Part shown: positions 1-11,973 of the stretch, piece after piece
How the letters are laid out: every line of letters starts with the position of its first letter
How positions within the stretch are numbered: the stretch's first letter is position 1
Source of the DNA: an uncultured delta proteobacterium
GTDB lineage: Bacteria; Desulfobacterota; Binatia; UBA9968
Length of the DNA: 64,000 bases
NCBI GenBank assembly: GCA_963737905.1
Contig: CAVTUQ010000037.1
Coordinates: 96,001-160,000 of the forward strand
Direction: 5' to 3'
The notes under the pieces: model-generated
The model's database searches: none
What the model was told of the DNA's origin: nothing
Seen by the model: the letters and a program-made list of their open reading frames with translations, nothing else
Program-made: the position numbers and the translations under genes

Positions 1-908
1 ATGACCAAATCAAATTTTATAGCCGGTTCCACCGGAAGATTCTCCGGTTTTTGACCCTTCAGTATCTTGTCTACAAGGCCGGCGGCCTGGCGACCCATCT
101 GGTAGTTGCTTGGGCCATAGGCGGCAAGCGCCCCTTTGATGGCCCACACCTCTTCGGTAAACATGGTGACTAGCTTCTTTCGCCTTGCCGCCTGAAAGAT
201 AAAATCCGCTTCGCTGCTGACCAAATTATCTGGAATCTGAAAAAGTGCGTCGCCTGCTTCGTTCTGAAGATTACTTAAGGATGTCCTCAATTCCTCGGCT
301 GACTTGGTGCCGTGCTCCACCACTTCGAGTCCAAGCTTTTCCGCTGACTTCTTCGTAAAAGCAAAATTGTCGCGCGAAAATTTATCATTCAGGTCATAAA
401 AGATGTGCAGCCGGCGGACTCCTGGGACAACTTGCCGCAGAGTTTCCAGCCTCTTTCCGGTCATTTCCAAGCCAAAGCCAGCCACGCCGGTGACATTCCC
501 TCCAGGCCGCGTGTTGCTCTTGACCAAACCCACCGTCTGTGGGTCACCCGGGTAACGGAAAATAATAGGTATGTCACTCGTTTCGGCCATGGCAACCTGA
601 GTGGCCCTGGTCCCAGTCGTAAAGATCACGTCGACCTTTTTGTTTACAAGCTCATTGGCCATGGGTTTTAGAGCTGCCCGGTCGCCCTTGGCATCTCGCA
701 TTTCCACGATAATGTTTTCTCTTTCTTTGTACCCCAACTCTTTGAGCCCGTCCCGCAGTCCCTTGACGCTCTGAGTCTCCGGTCGTCCAGATTCCGGGAT
801 GAGAAGACCGATGCGGGACAGGCGTGGGGTTTCCCCAGCTTCGATTGCGGATGAGCCGAGCAGGTAAAGAACCATTGCTGAAAGAATCACTGCCAATCTC
901 CCGATCAT
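1..908 (-). CDS. ABC transporter substrate-binding protein (ABC_sub_bind family), 3' end runs off the window
   Basis: Not in the ORF track. Manual translation from ATG 908 (RBS AGGAG) gives MIGRLAVILSAMVLYLLGSSAIEAGETPRLSRIGLLIPE...KGLRDGLKELGY, the same family as the 37.9-46.4 kb paralogs. Confidence 0.85.
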   Translation of the reverse strand, partial: MIGRLAVILSAMVLYLLGSSAIEAGETPRLSRIGLLIPESGRPETQSVKGLRDGLKELGYKERENIIVEMRDAKGDRAALKPMANELVNKKVDVIFTTGTRATQVAMAETSDIPIIFRYPGDPQTVGLVKSNTRPGGNVTGVAGFGLEMTGKRLETLRQVVPGVRRLHIFYDLNDKFSRDNFAFTKKSAEKLGLEVVEHGTKSAEELRTSLSNLQNEAGDALFQIPDNLVSSEADFIFQAARRKKLVTMFTEEVWAIKGALAAYGPSNYQMGRQAAGLVDKILKGQKPENLPVEPAIKFDLV

Positions 909-1147
909 GCGGGTTCTCCTATCTAATCTACGCTAAAAATGGGAGGTCCTTCTTTGGAGCATCCATTACCTCTTTTTCACAGTTTCCGCCACAAAAAAAC
1001 ACTGTCCTTTGGCTTCGCTTCCCTTTACAATTCAGTCTGAGTCTAATATCTCTTTGGGGCGCTCGCCAGGAACCGGGACCAACTGAGTCGTCGTTTGTCC
1101 TTGTAAGTAACAGGGGCTGTAAATTCACGGGCGGAAGGAGGAGAGCG

Positions 1148-1918
1148 GTGAAATTTCGCGTTCTGGGTTGCTCTGGAGGACAACTTCCCGGCTATAATCT
1201 GTCGTCGTTTCTTATCGATGATTCGCTGCTCATTGATGCCGGCTCCACCACCGCGGCGTTGACTCTCCCAGCGCAACAGAAAATCAGAAATATATTGGTT
1301 ACTCACATCCATCTCGATCACGTGATGGCGCTTGGCACCTTGGCTGACAATCTCTACGGCAAATGCAAAGTTCCCATCAAGATTTGGAGCGTGGGTCGAA
1401 TCATCGATGGATTAGCCAAGTCCTTTTTCAACAATCAGGTGTGGCCAGACTTTACGCGCATTACCGGCCCAACCCAACGAGTTCCTGTGCTGAGACTTCG
1501 CCGCTTGCCTGAAGGTAAAGCCACGAAAGTTGGCCACCATGCCATCACGGCTATCGGCGTCGATCATGTGGTTCCTACCATTGCTCTTTTCGTCGAAGCC
1601 AAGAACACGAGTTTGCTCCATGTCGGCGATACCGGACCTACGGAAAACGTTTGGTCCTTCGCCCGTAAGCATAAAAATCTCGGCTCGCTTGTGATAGAGA
1701 CTTCTTTCCCGAACCGTCTCCAGGACGTTGCCGACATGAGTTGCCACTTGACACCTCAAACTTTGGCCCAGGAGCTCGACAAGCTCGCGGTGAATTCACC
1801 GCAAATTTTAATTACTCACCTTAAACCTGAGTTCCGCCGGGAGATCATCGCAGAGCTGCACAAGCTCAAAGACCGCCGTCTGCGCATCCTGCGGGATGGC
1901 GACGTGTTGCGGCTTTAG
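1148..1918 (+). CDS. MBL-fold class II 3',5'-cyclic nucleotide phosphodiesterase-like protein
   Basis: GTG start after a GGAGGAG RBS; VLGCSGG N-terminus, LIDAG, THIHLDH (HxHxDH), GDTGPT, HLTP and THLKP motifs. Confidence 0.8.
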   Translation: MKFRVLGCSGGQLPGYNLSSFLIDDSLLIDAGSTTAALTLPAQQKIRNILVTHIHLDHVMALGTLADNLYGKCKVPIKIWSVGRIIDGLAKSFFNNQVWPDFTRITGPTQRVPVLRLRRLPEGKATKVGHHAITAIGVDHVVPTIALFVEAKNTSLLHVGDTGPTENVWSFARKHKNLGSLVIETSFPNRLQDVADMSCHLTPQTLAQELDKLAVNSPQILITHLKPEFRREIIAELHKLKDRRLRILRDGDVLRL

Positions 1919-1973
1919 CAGGGCTCACTCTTGAGGTGTTGTAGCGCCCTTCTTTGGTCACTATGATGGGTCT

Positions 1974-3146
1974 ATGATGCCCGCCGACAAAGCGCCCTTT
2001 TCCCTGTACGTTCATATCCCCTATTGCGTGAGCAAGTGTCCCTACTGCGATTTCAATTCCCACGTCGTCCCGGACATCCCGGAACGAAGTTATACTGCAG
2101 CATTGATTCAAGAATTGCATCACTATGCCCGTAAGGATGATTGGCGGGGCAGAACCATCCGAACGATCTTCTTCGGCGGCGGCACGCCGTCGACTTTTCA
2201 GCCAGCGAGCATCGCGCGCATTCTCGAGAGCGCGGCGGGGTTGTTTCCTGTCGACTCTATCTGTGAAATTACCTTGGAAGCAAACCCGGGAACCGTGGAG
2301 AGCGCCAACTTTGCCGGTTACCGCGCCTGCGGCGTGAATCGTATCAGCCTCGGCGTGCAGTCTTTCCAGCCTCGCCTGCTCAAGTTTCTCGGTAGAGTTC
2401 ACTCCGCCGATGAAGCGGTGAAAGCATTGCAAGTCATCGGCGACGCGGGATTCAAAAACTTCAGTCTCGACATGATCTACGCCAACCCGGGCCAGACCTT
2501 GCGAGATCTCGAAAACGACCTGGACACGGCCCTCAAGTTTCAGTCGCCCCATGTCTCGGCCTACAACCTCACCATCGAAGAAGGGACTCCCTTCCACCAC
2601 GATTATCGCAATGGGCGGATTAGACTCTTAAGCGAAGAAGAGGAAATCGCGATGGCGGAGCTGATAGAACAACGGCTTAGCGCCGCCGGGTTGCACCGCT
2701 ACGAGATTTCCAATTACGCGCGACCTGGTTTTCATTCCCGGCACAACGTCAACTATTGGCAGAGCGGTGATTATCTCGGAATCGGTGCCGGCGCGCATAG
2801 CTACATGAGTGTTTGGAGTGATGAAATTTACGGACGACGGTGGTGGAATGAGAAAAATCCGGCTCGCTATATAAGCATGATCAACAAAAGTTCACAGGCC
2901 GCGACCGACCTAGAAGAAAGTGATCTGACCAGAGCTATGGGAGAGTATATGTTTTCCGGCCTAAGACTCATCGACGGAATATGCCTTGACGCGTTTGCCA
3001 TCCGGTTCGGCAAAAACGCCGTGGAGCTATACCCGCAAATCTCAGGCTGGGTCAGCGAAGGACTGATGGAAACTGACGGCAACCAGCTTCGGCTCACGCC
3101 CCGGGGCATTTTGGTCGCCAACTCCATATTCGTGCATTTTGTCTAG
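1974..3146 (+). CDS. hemW: Radical SAM heme chaperone HemW
   Basis: LYVHIPYCVSKCPYCDFNS, FFGGGTPS, EANP, YEISNYA, HNVNYW. Confidence 0.9.
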   Translation: MMPADKAPFSLYVHIPYCVSKCPYCDFNSHVVPDIPERSYTAALIQELHHYARKDDWRGRTIRTIFFGGGTPSTFQPASIARILESAAGLFPVDSICEITLEANPGTVESANFAGYRACGVNRISLGVQSFQPRLLKFLGRVHSADEAVKALQVIGDAGFKNFSLDMIYANPGQTLRDLENDLDTALKFQSPHVSAYNLTIEEGTPFHHDYRNGRIRLLSEEEEIAMAELIEQRLSAAGLHRYEISNYARPGFHSRHNVNYWQSGDYLGIGAGAHSYMSVWSDEIYGRRWWNEKNPARYISMINKSSQAATDLEESDLTRAMGEYMFSGLRLIDGICLDAFAIRFGKNAVELYPQISGWVSEGLMETDGNQLRLTPRGILVANSIFVHFV

Positions 3147-3175
3147 CAACGCTCAATACAATGGAGGCAAGTTTG

Positions 3176-4360
3176 ATGAATTCATCGTCAGCGGAAGATT
3201 TGAAACGACTTCGCATCGATCATATCGGCAGCCTCGTTCGACCTGAAAGATTGAAAGAAGCGTTCGCCCGCTTCGATCGCGGGCGGCTTAGTCACGAACA
3301 ATTGCGCCTTGCCCAGGACGAGGCGATCCGTGAAGTGATCGTCGGACAGGAAGCGCATAAGCTTCCGGTTGTGACGGATGGCGAGTTTCGCCGACATAGT
3401 TTTCAGGAAAGTTTTTCCGAGGCGGTTTCAGGTTTCGACGTGCCGAAAGGTGTGGGTGTCTATTACGAGCAGCGGCAGCTCAACCTGAACCCGCTAGAAC
3501 GAGCGGAGCAGAACTTTGACGAGAGGGGACCGGCGATCGTTACTCGACGGCCCGCCGTTGAGCGGCTGAAGCTCGTTAGAAATATTCCTCTGGACGAGTT
3601 TCGCTTCGCCCAAAGCATCGCGCAGAAACCGGTGAAAGTCACTCTCATCGGCCCCGACCGCATCGCCCAGCGATTCAAGTGGGAATCATCAAAGGGCGTC
3701 TACAAGGACTTGGACGACTTCGTCGCCGATGTCGTTGCCATCGAGCGTCGAATGATTGGGGAGCTGGTGGAAGCCGGTTGCAAGTACATCCAGATCGATG
3801 CTCCCGGTTATACGGCCTACGTCGATCAGGTTTCCCTTGACCGAATGCGTTCGCGCGGCGAAGATCCTGAGCGAAATCTCCAACGTTCCGTCGACGCCGA
3901 TAACGCTCTCATTGAAGGTTTTGCCGATGTGACGTTCGGCATTCATATCTGCCGCGGCAACGCGCGCACCATCGATCCCAAGACCGGCAAGCTCGTTCCG
4001 CAATGGCACCGCGTGGGCCACTACGACGCCATCGCCGAGCGGCTTTTCACAAGCCTCAAGCATCATCGGTTATTGCTGGAATATGACAGCGAACGGGCCG
4101 GGGGCTTTGAACCGCTGAAATTCGTGCCCAAAGATAAAGTGGTCGCTCTCGGTTTGGTCACGACCAAAAGCTCCGAGCTTGAATCGCTCGACAAACTCAA
4201 GCGGCGAATCGATCAAGCCTCTCGCTACGTCCCCCTCGATCAGCTCGCACTGAGCCCCCAGTGCGGCTTCGGCGGCATCGATTCCAAGATGATGAGCGAG
4301 GACGAAATGTGGTGGAAATTCGATCGAATCGTGGAGGCAGCGGAACAAGTCTGGGGCTAG
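3176..4360 (+). CDS. Cobalamin-independent methionine synthase II family protein (single barrel)
   Basis: HIGSLVRP, TDGEFRR, HICRGN, LEYD and LSPQCGF zinc-site motifs; GGAGG RBS before ATG 3176. Confidence 0.85.
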   Translation: MNSSSAEDLKRLRIDHIGSLVRPERLKEAFARFDRGRLSHEQLRLAQDEAIREVIVGQEAHKLPVVTDGEFRRHSFQESFSEAVSGFDVPKGVGVYYEQRQLNLNPLERAEQNFDERGPAIVTRRPAVERLKLVRNIPLDEFRFAQSIAQKPVKVTLIGPDRIAQRFKWESSKGVYKDLDDFVADVVAIERRMIGELVEAGCKYIQIDAPGYTAYVDQVSLDRMRSRGEDPERNLQRSVDADNALIEGFADVTFGIHICRGNARTIDPKTGKLVPQWHRVGHYDAIAERLFTSLKHHRLLLEYDSERAGGFEPLKFVPKDKVVALGLVTTKSSELESLDKLKRRIDQASRYVPLDQLALSPQCGFGGIDSKMMSEDEMWWKFDRIVEAAEQVWG

Positions 4361-4361
4361 C

Positions 4362-4649
4362 TTAGTGGCTTTCTTCCGGTTGCAGTGAACTCAGCCATTC
4401 TTCATGCACGTCGACCCAAATCGAATCTTGATCGTGGCAAGTCGATACTTCGCTCAAGTCGAATCTGACCGTGTATAGTGGGTTATGAATACCACGGTGG
4501 TCTCTGATGTTTTCCAAAACCCCATGGACGAAACCGATGACGCCGCGCTTGCCCCTGATGTAGCGAGGCGTGCGCGGGTTACCGGTGGGATTTTCGGCCG
4601 CAACCAGTACAGCGTCGCCGATCTTATATTTGCTGTTGGGGAGTTCCAT
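4362..4649 (-). CDS. Nitrile hydratase beta C-terminal SH3-like domain protein (thiocyanate hydrolase alpha-like)
   Basis: YKIGDAVLV...RTPRYIRGKRG...LYTVRF...VDVHEEWL; lies 9 bp downstream of the NHase alpha-like gene. Confidence 0.85.
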   Translation of the reverse strand: MELPNSKYKIGDAVLVAAENPTGNPRTPRYIRGKRGVIGFVHGVLENIRDHRGIHNPLYTVRFDLSEVSTCHDQDSIWVDVHEEWLSSLQPEESH

Positions 4650-4658
4650 AGTATTCTC

Positions 4659-5732
4659 TCAATCCGGCCTCATTCTGGGGGCTTCCTGTGTCGCTCCTAA
4701 TTTCTCCGCTTCTTTCTGCTGCGAAGGTTCCAGTGCGTAGCCGGCGCCGATCAAACTATCGACAGTGACGAGCTTGGCTAATTCTTCTTGCGACAATCCC
4801 TCCGTACCCACGGGACGTTGGGGTAGAACAAAATACCGAATATCGGAAGTGCTATCATACACTTGAACTTCTTTAGTGCCGGGAATATCCAGCCCGAACA
4901 TATCCCGCACGCAGGCGCGGGGATTTTGTACGATCTTCGTTCGGTAGCTCTCGTGCTTGTACCACCACGGCGTATCGCCAAGAATGTCGTAGGGATAACA
5001 GGAGCACAACGTACAAACGATGACGTTGTGAACCTGGTCGGTATTCTCCACCACTACCAACTTGCCGACTTTCCCCTGGTGCACGCCCATCTCTCGGAGC
5101 GCCTCGCGGCCGGTCGACAGCAACGCCTGCTTGAACGCCGGATCCGTCCACGCTTTGGCGACGATCACTCCGCCGGCCCACGGGCGTTCCTCATGGAGCT
5201 CCTGCCAACGCTGCTGCAACTGCTCGCGCGTAGACCAACCCCGCGTGATAAGCGCTTGGACAAATACCTCAAGCAGATCTTGGTAATCTTTCAAATCCTG
5301 CTCCACGTTCACCATGCGTTCTTCGAGAGTGCCGTGGTGTTCCTTCTTCTTGATTTTAAAAAAGTCGTCGTAATCGCCGCGCTCCTTCCGGTTGTCTTCG
5401 GTTACCATGTCCATAGCTTCGACGGCGCGGGCAGACACCAACGCGATGCCCTTCACGTATTCATCGAGCCATTCTTCCAGATGGCGCACCCGCGCTTCGA
5501 TGTTCTTGCCCTGTGGTTTTTTCAGCTTGAAGAATTGGTTGCTGCGACTGAGCGCTACCCTTGCTTTTAGCAAATCGTAGAAGGTCACAACCCCGCGACG
5601 AATCAAATAAATGATGCGCGGCTCAAACCGTTTGGCCCGGTAATATTCCAGGTCCTCTTCGACGGCCCGAATATGAGCCTCGATGTCATGCATGTGTCCC
5701 TCAAAGGGTTTGTGGTCATGTTTCCCTGACAT
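4659..5732 (-). CDS. Co-type nitrile hydratase alpha / thiocyanate hydrolase gamma-like subunit with long N-terminal extension
   Basis: VCTLCSCYP metal-binding motif, AKAWTDPAFKQALL, PWWYK...YR, DSTSDIRYFVLPQRP. Confidence 0.88.
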   Translation of the reverse strand: MSGKHDHKPFEGHMHDIEAHIRAVEEDLEYYRAKRFEPRIIYLIRRGVVTFYDLLKARVALSRSNQFFKLKKPQGKNIEARVRHLEEWLDEYVKGIALVSARAVEAMDMVTEDNRKERGDYDDFFKIKKKEHHGTLEERMVNVEQDLKDYQDLLEVFVQALITRGWSTREQLQQRWQELHEERPWAGGVIVAKAWTDPAFKQALLSTGREALREMGVHQGKVGKLVVVENTDQVHNVIVCTLCSCYPYDILGDTPWWYKHESYRTKIVQNPRACVRDMFGLDIPGTKEVQVYDSTSDIRYFVLPQRPVGTEGLSQEELAKLVTVDSLIGAGYALEPSQQKEAEKLGATQEAPRMRPD

Positions 5733-5767
5733 CGATTTCCTCCGAAATGATCCGCGAGCAGCCGGGA

Positions 5768-7483
5768 TCAGTGGGTATCGAACACTTCCTGGTATTGCTT
5801 CAGCTTTGCTTTGGTCGCTTCCGTTTCTGCTTCCGTCGGTTTATTGGGATCAACCGCCGGCGGTAGACTGCCCACCCTCATTAAGCAAGCCATAAGTAAC
5901 AAACGCGCTTTGGTTGCGGTGAGATTGCTCCCGGCAATCGCCAGCGGATCGCGGCTGGCATCGACGAAACCACTCGTGTTTCCCCTTGAAACTTTAACTA
6001 CCGGCATGCCGCTGAACGTCCCGCGCTTGAGCGCGGCATCCACGGAGTTGCTCATGGCGCCGAAGGGCGCCGAACCCTCGGCAACGAATCCGGCCAACGG
6101 CGCATCGATTAGATTCTTTTCAATGCGGGCGAGAATATCGACTTCTTCGTCCGCGTTGCCCGTTGTATCTTCCGGCAAATAACGCGCATGCTTGACGATC
6201 ATGACTTTCGGAATCGCCGTTGGCAGCAATTCTCCCGCATTATTTTTGATCGGCACCGTGATGGCAACGACCTTGGAACTTTGAAGCCTTGAACCTTGAA
6301 CCTCTATCGGCAGTCCCGCCGTATTTACGGATGAGTTGTAGGTATGCCGCTTGACCGTCTTAAACGAGAACTGTGGTAAACCGGGATGCCCTATTCTGCC
6401 GATGATGCCGCCATGGCCGCCCGTGGCGATGTAACCCCCGGGGCGCGCGTCGGCTTTTTGCACGTCCCGCGCGGTGAAAATCTGTTCGTCAAGGATCGCA
6501 ACTGCGCCGATACAGTCGCGCCCGCTTTCGTCGGCCCAAATGCGAGACGTGATGTAGTCCACGGAATCGACGATATTGCGATCTCCGTCATTGCCTACGG
6601 CCCCATGGGGCCGCTGCGATGAATTGCCAACGATCGGCACCTTCGTGTCGATCAGCAGGTTCAGCCAGTAAATCGTCTCTTCAACAAACGGGCTCCCCTC
6701 AAGCCATATCCCGCCCAGATACTTGCCGCTGCTAAGCGCACGCTGAACCACATTGGTCAGGCGCGCTAACGCGGCCATAGGAGGTTCTTTACGCAAGTAA
6801 CCCGGCCGGTACGGAAAGAAATCTACGCCGCGAACTTCCGGTGTGATGTCTCCATCGCCGACGTCGGTTCGTTCACCCGCGCTCCGACCTTTTGCGTAGC
6901 CGCCGGACGGCAGCGCACGGTAGAAATCGAATTCGGCTTTCGCCGTAAGCAGGCAACCGACGCCTTCGTCAGAGATGCCGAACCGATCGATCTCTTCAAA
7001 TAAACGCGCGCCATCCGGAAAGAACGGCACCCGGCAAAGTTCCGCCGGGGCGTTTTTTTCGGTGCCGTCCATCTCCCAGGGCTGACCGTTGGCTTGCCGC
7101 GCCATATAGGGCAACGGATACAGGCCGTCCTCCGGCTTCAGAGTTATTTCGTAGACGGGTTTGTCATTGGGACGGGTGCGCTCTTTGTGAAAAACGCCCC
7201 CGGAATCCAAATAGCCGTCGGGCAACGCGTAAAGCTCGGCGGCATCCCGTTCCAGCGGGTGAGCACTGAATTGTTCAACGTAAACCGTCACGGGTGCGGC
7301 CAAACGTTGCGCGCGCAACACGTCGTAGCGCATGGGCGAGCCGTCCGGACTCGTGCGCAATGGCAAGCCGCATTTTTCACGCGCCTTGTTGCTCGTGACA
7401 AGCGGCTCGCTGTTTTGAATTGTAGCGGTGGGCCCCGAAAAGACAGCGATGCGGGGTCTATCGCCAGTTCCTGATTCTGCCAC
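5768..7483 (-). CDS. Divergent asparaginase/glutaminase-fold protein
   Basis: VEETIYWLNLLIDTKVPIVGNSSQRP...DGDRNI, ARDVQK and GSNLTATKARLLLMACL match the asparaginase scaffold; GTG start. Confidence 0.7.
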   Translation of the reverse strand: MAESGTGDRPRIAVFSGPTATIQNSEPLVTSNKAREKCGLPLRTSPDGSPMRYDVLRAQRLAAPVTVYVEQFSAHPLERDAAELYALPDGYLDSGGVFHKERTRPNDKPVYEITLKPEDGLYPLPYMARQANGQPWEMDGTEKNAPAELCRVPFFPDGARLFEEIDRFGISDEGVGCLLTAKAEFDFYRALPSGGYAKGRSAGERTDVGDGDITPEVRGVDFFPYRPGYLRKEPPMAALARLTNVVQRALSSGKYLGGIWLEGSPFVEETIYWLNLLIDTKVPIVGNSSQRPHGAVGNDGDRNIVDSVDYITSRIWADESGRDCIGAVAILDEQIFTARDVQKADARPGGYIATGGHGGIIGRIGHPGLPQFSFKTVKRHTYNSSVNTAGLPIEVQGSRLQSSKVVAITVPIKNNAGELLPTAIPKVMIVKHARYLPEDTTGNADEEVDILARIEKNLIDAPLAGFVAEGSAPFGAMSNSVDAALKRGTFSGMPVVKVSRGNTSGFVDASRDPLAIAGSNLTATKARLLLMACLMRVGSLPPAVDPNKPTEAETEATKAKLKQYQEVFDTH

Positions 7484-7543
7484 GGTTACCTCAGAGGTTG
7501 GAAGTTCCTATAACGACGAACGAAAATCAGGTTTGTGACTTGC

Positions 7544-8119
7544 TTATTTCAATTCGTAGGGAATCTGCTCCGGACCGTAACCCTGCCAGTATTTTTTCGT
7601 CGCTGGATCGTATCGACCCTGCAGGAAGCCGCCGGCTTTTTCCGCCCGAACGATAATCGCCACGGTTCGCTCTTCTCCGCTCTCTTCCGCATGAATTTGA
7701 TACGGCGCAACCAGATCGACTTTGCCGGGCCCTACCTTCACATTTTCCGTCTGCCGTACATCGGCGAATTCGGGCCTTGATCGATCGTCCATGCGCTCGT
7801 AACGCTCGATGGTCTCGTGACCGTCGAGGACACCATACAGAGTCCAGTTGTGGGCATGATCGTGGATTTGGGTGCGTGACCCTGGATCTTTGATCAATCC
7901 GTTAATGACGAACTTGTAGTCGGGGTCTTCGTAGAAGAGTAGGTTTTGTGCTCGATCGCTTTGCCGGCAAGCAGGCCAACTTTTCGATTGCTCCTTGACC
8001 GCCGGGTCGGTGATCAGCTCCTGGAGCAGCGGCGTCATTTTCTCCCAGCGTTTCACGGCATCTTTTTCCTCGGCGTGAAGCTTGCGGGCGGAGGCGATAA
8101 ATGTTTGCACTGCATTCAT
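7544..8119 (-). CDS. Cysteine-dioxygenase-like cupin
   Basis: IHDHAHNWTLYGVLDGHETIERY and a distal IH (3-His cupin pattern); AGGAGG RBS. Confidence 0.75.
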   Translation of the reverse strand: MNAVQTFIASARKLHAEEKDAVKRWEKMTPLLQELITDPAVKEQSKSWPACRQSDRAQNLLFYEDPDYKFVINGLIKDPGSRTQIHDHAHNWTLYGVLDGHETIERYERMDDRSRPEFADVRQTENVKVGPGKVDLVAPYQIHAEESGEERTVAIIVRAEKAGGFLQGRYDPATKKYWQGYGPEQIPYELK

Positions 8120-8217
8120 GGTGTCCTCCTTGTACGTTCAGACTTGATAGATCCTTCAGGACATTATTATTCCGGCGGCTAGCTCTAGGTCAAGCTGTCC
8201 TTTGGCGTTGATGAAAA

Positions 8218-8258
8218 CAAAAGGCCTCGGAAAGCATCCGGCCTTCCGAAGCCTTTTG
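8218..8258 (-). terminator. Intrinsic terminator after ahcY (possibly bidirectional)
   Basis: CAAAAGGCCTCGGAA...TTCCGAAGCCTTTTG hairpin flanked by A/T runs. Confidence 0.7.
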
Positions 8259-8280
8259 AAGAAAATTCTTGATGCGAAGG

Positions 8281-10754
<2,474 letters not shown>

Positions 10755-10820
10755 TGAAGTTACCTCCAGGGCGCTAAATGAATCAGTTTTCTATATCGGA
10801 TAAGAGAGGTCGATTCAACC

Positions 10821-11096
10821 TCACTCGTTTTCATTGAATTTCCTATCAATCAATTTTTCGATGGCCCGAACCACTCGTTCCGCTTCTTCGCCGGTCGCCT
10901 CGACTTGGATCTTGCTACCCTGCGCCGCAGCTAACGTCAATACTCCCATGATGCTCCGGCCGTCGGTTGTTTGACCGTCTTTGGAAAAAGTCACTTGGGC
11001 TCCGAATTTATTTACAGTTTGCACCAGCAAGGCCGCCGCTCGAGCATGGAGCCCGAGCTTGTTTTTGATCTCCAACTTCTTGATAACTTTGCTCAT
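10821..11096 (-). CDS. ptsH: HPr/NPr phosphocarrier
   Basis: NKLGLHARAA and GRSIMGVLTL motifs; position in the rpoN operon; start moved to MSKVIK. Confidence 0.9.
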   Translation of the reverse strand: MSKVIKKLEIKNKLGLHARAAALLVQTVNKFGAQVTFSKDGQTTDGRSIMGVLTLAAAQGSKIQVEATGEEAERVVRAIEKLIDRKFNENE

Positions 11097-11100
11097 TCCG

Positions 11101-11967
11101 CTATTTATCGATATCTCGGTGTTTGGCATGGACGGGGAATTTATCCTTGCTTAATCTTTTCTGCAGCTCCTCAACCAGGACAACAGAGCGATGTCGTCCC
11201 CCCGTACATCCCAAGGCAAGGGTCAAACTGCTTTTTCCCTCCCGTTCGTACAGAGGTAACGTAAACTCCAAAAGCGCCAGAAGCCGATCGAGAAATATCC
11301 GCGTCTCTTCGACTTTGAGGACATACTCTTTAACCTCGCGTTCCAGACCGCTTTTTGCTCTGAGTTCCTGGACGAAATGTGGATTGGGGAGGAATCGAGC
11401 ATCGAAAATGATATCGGTGTCGTGCGGAATGCCATACTTGTATCCGAAGGAGGTCAGAAACACAGTCATACGGCGGGAGTCTGAGATCTGGCAAAAATTC
11501 TCCTCCATCTCACTCTTCAGCTGGTGAACATTCAACTCACTCGTATCGATCACCTTATCCGCGAGTTCCCGCATGCCTTCCAACGCTTTACGCTCCCGCG
11601 TAATCCCCTCCTGAATCGATCCTTGACCCGCCTGGGGGTGCGGGCGCCGAGTCTCATTAAATCGGCGCAGCAATACCTCATCCGAGGCATCGAAGAAAAG
11701 GACTTGGACATGATGGCCAGCGGCGCGCATCTCAGTTAAGACTTCCGGCCAAGGTTGCAGGAACTGGCCGCCTCTTAAATCAACGCCGAGGGCGATCCGT
11801 TTGATCTCTTCTTGATACCCTTGGCAAAGATCAATGAATTTTGGGATCAACAGCGCGGGCAAGTTGTCGATGCAGAAGAAGCCGTTGTCTTCTAACGCGT
11901 GGATAGCACCGCTTTTCCCCGAACCGGAAAGGCCGGTGATGATGAAGATATCCAGACCATCGGCCAT
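11101..11967 (-). CDS. rapZ: RNase adapter RapZ
   Basis: TGLSGSGKS, CIDNLP, SFGYKYG, RFLPNPH, GCTGGRHRSV. Confidence 0.95.
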   Translation of the reverse strand: MADGLDIFIITGLSGSGKSGAIHALEDNGFFCIDNLPALLIPKFIDLCQGYQEEIKRIALGVDLRGGQFLQPWPEVLTEMRAAGHHVQVLFFDASDEVLLRRFNETRRPHPQAGQGSIQEGITRERKALEGMRELADKVIDTSELNVHQLKSEMEENFCQISDSRRMTVFLTSFGYKYGIPHDTDIIFDARFLPNPHFVQELRAKSGLEREVKEYVLKVEETRIFLDRLLALLEFTLPLYEREGKSSLTLALGCTGGRHRSVVLVEELQKRLSKDKFPVHAKHRDIDK

Positions 11968-11973
11968 AAGGGG

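Noticed and set aside
824-1147. N-terminal 108 aa of track ORF 824..1918
   Set aside because: Overlaps the divergent SBP gene and its promoter region; family homology and RBS begin at GTG 1148
10755-10820. SAM/SAH riboswitch upstream of metK-ahcY
   Set aside because: Spacer is only ~65 bp and shows no recognisable aptamer motif
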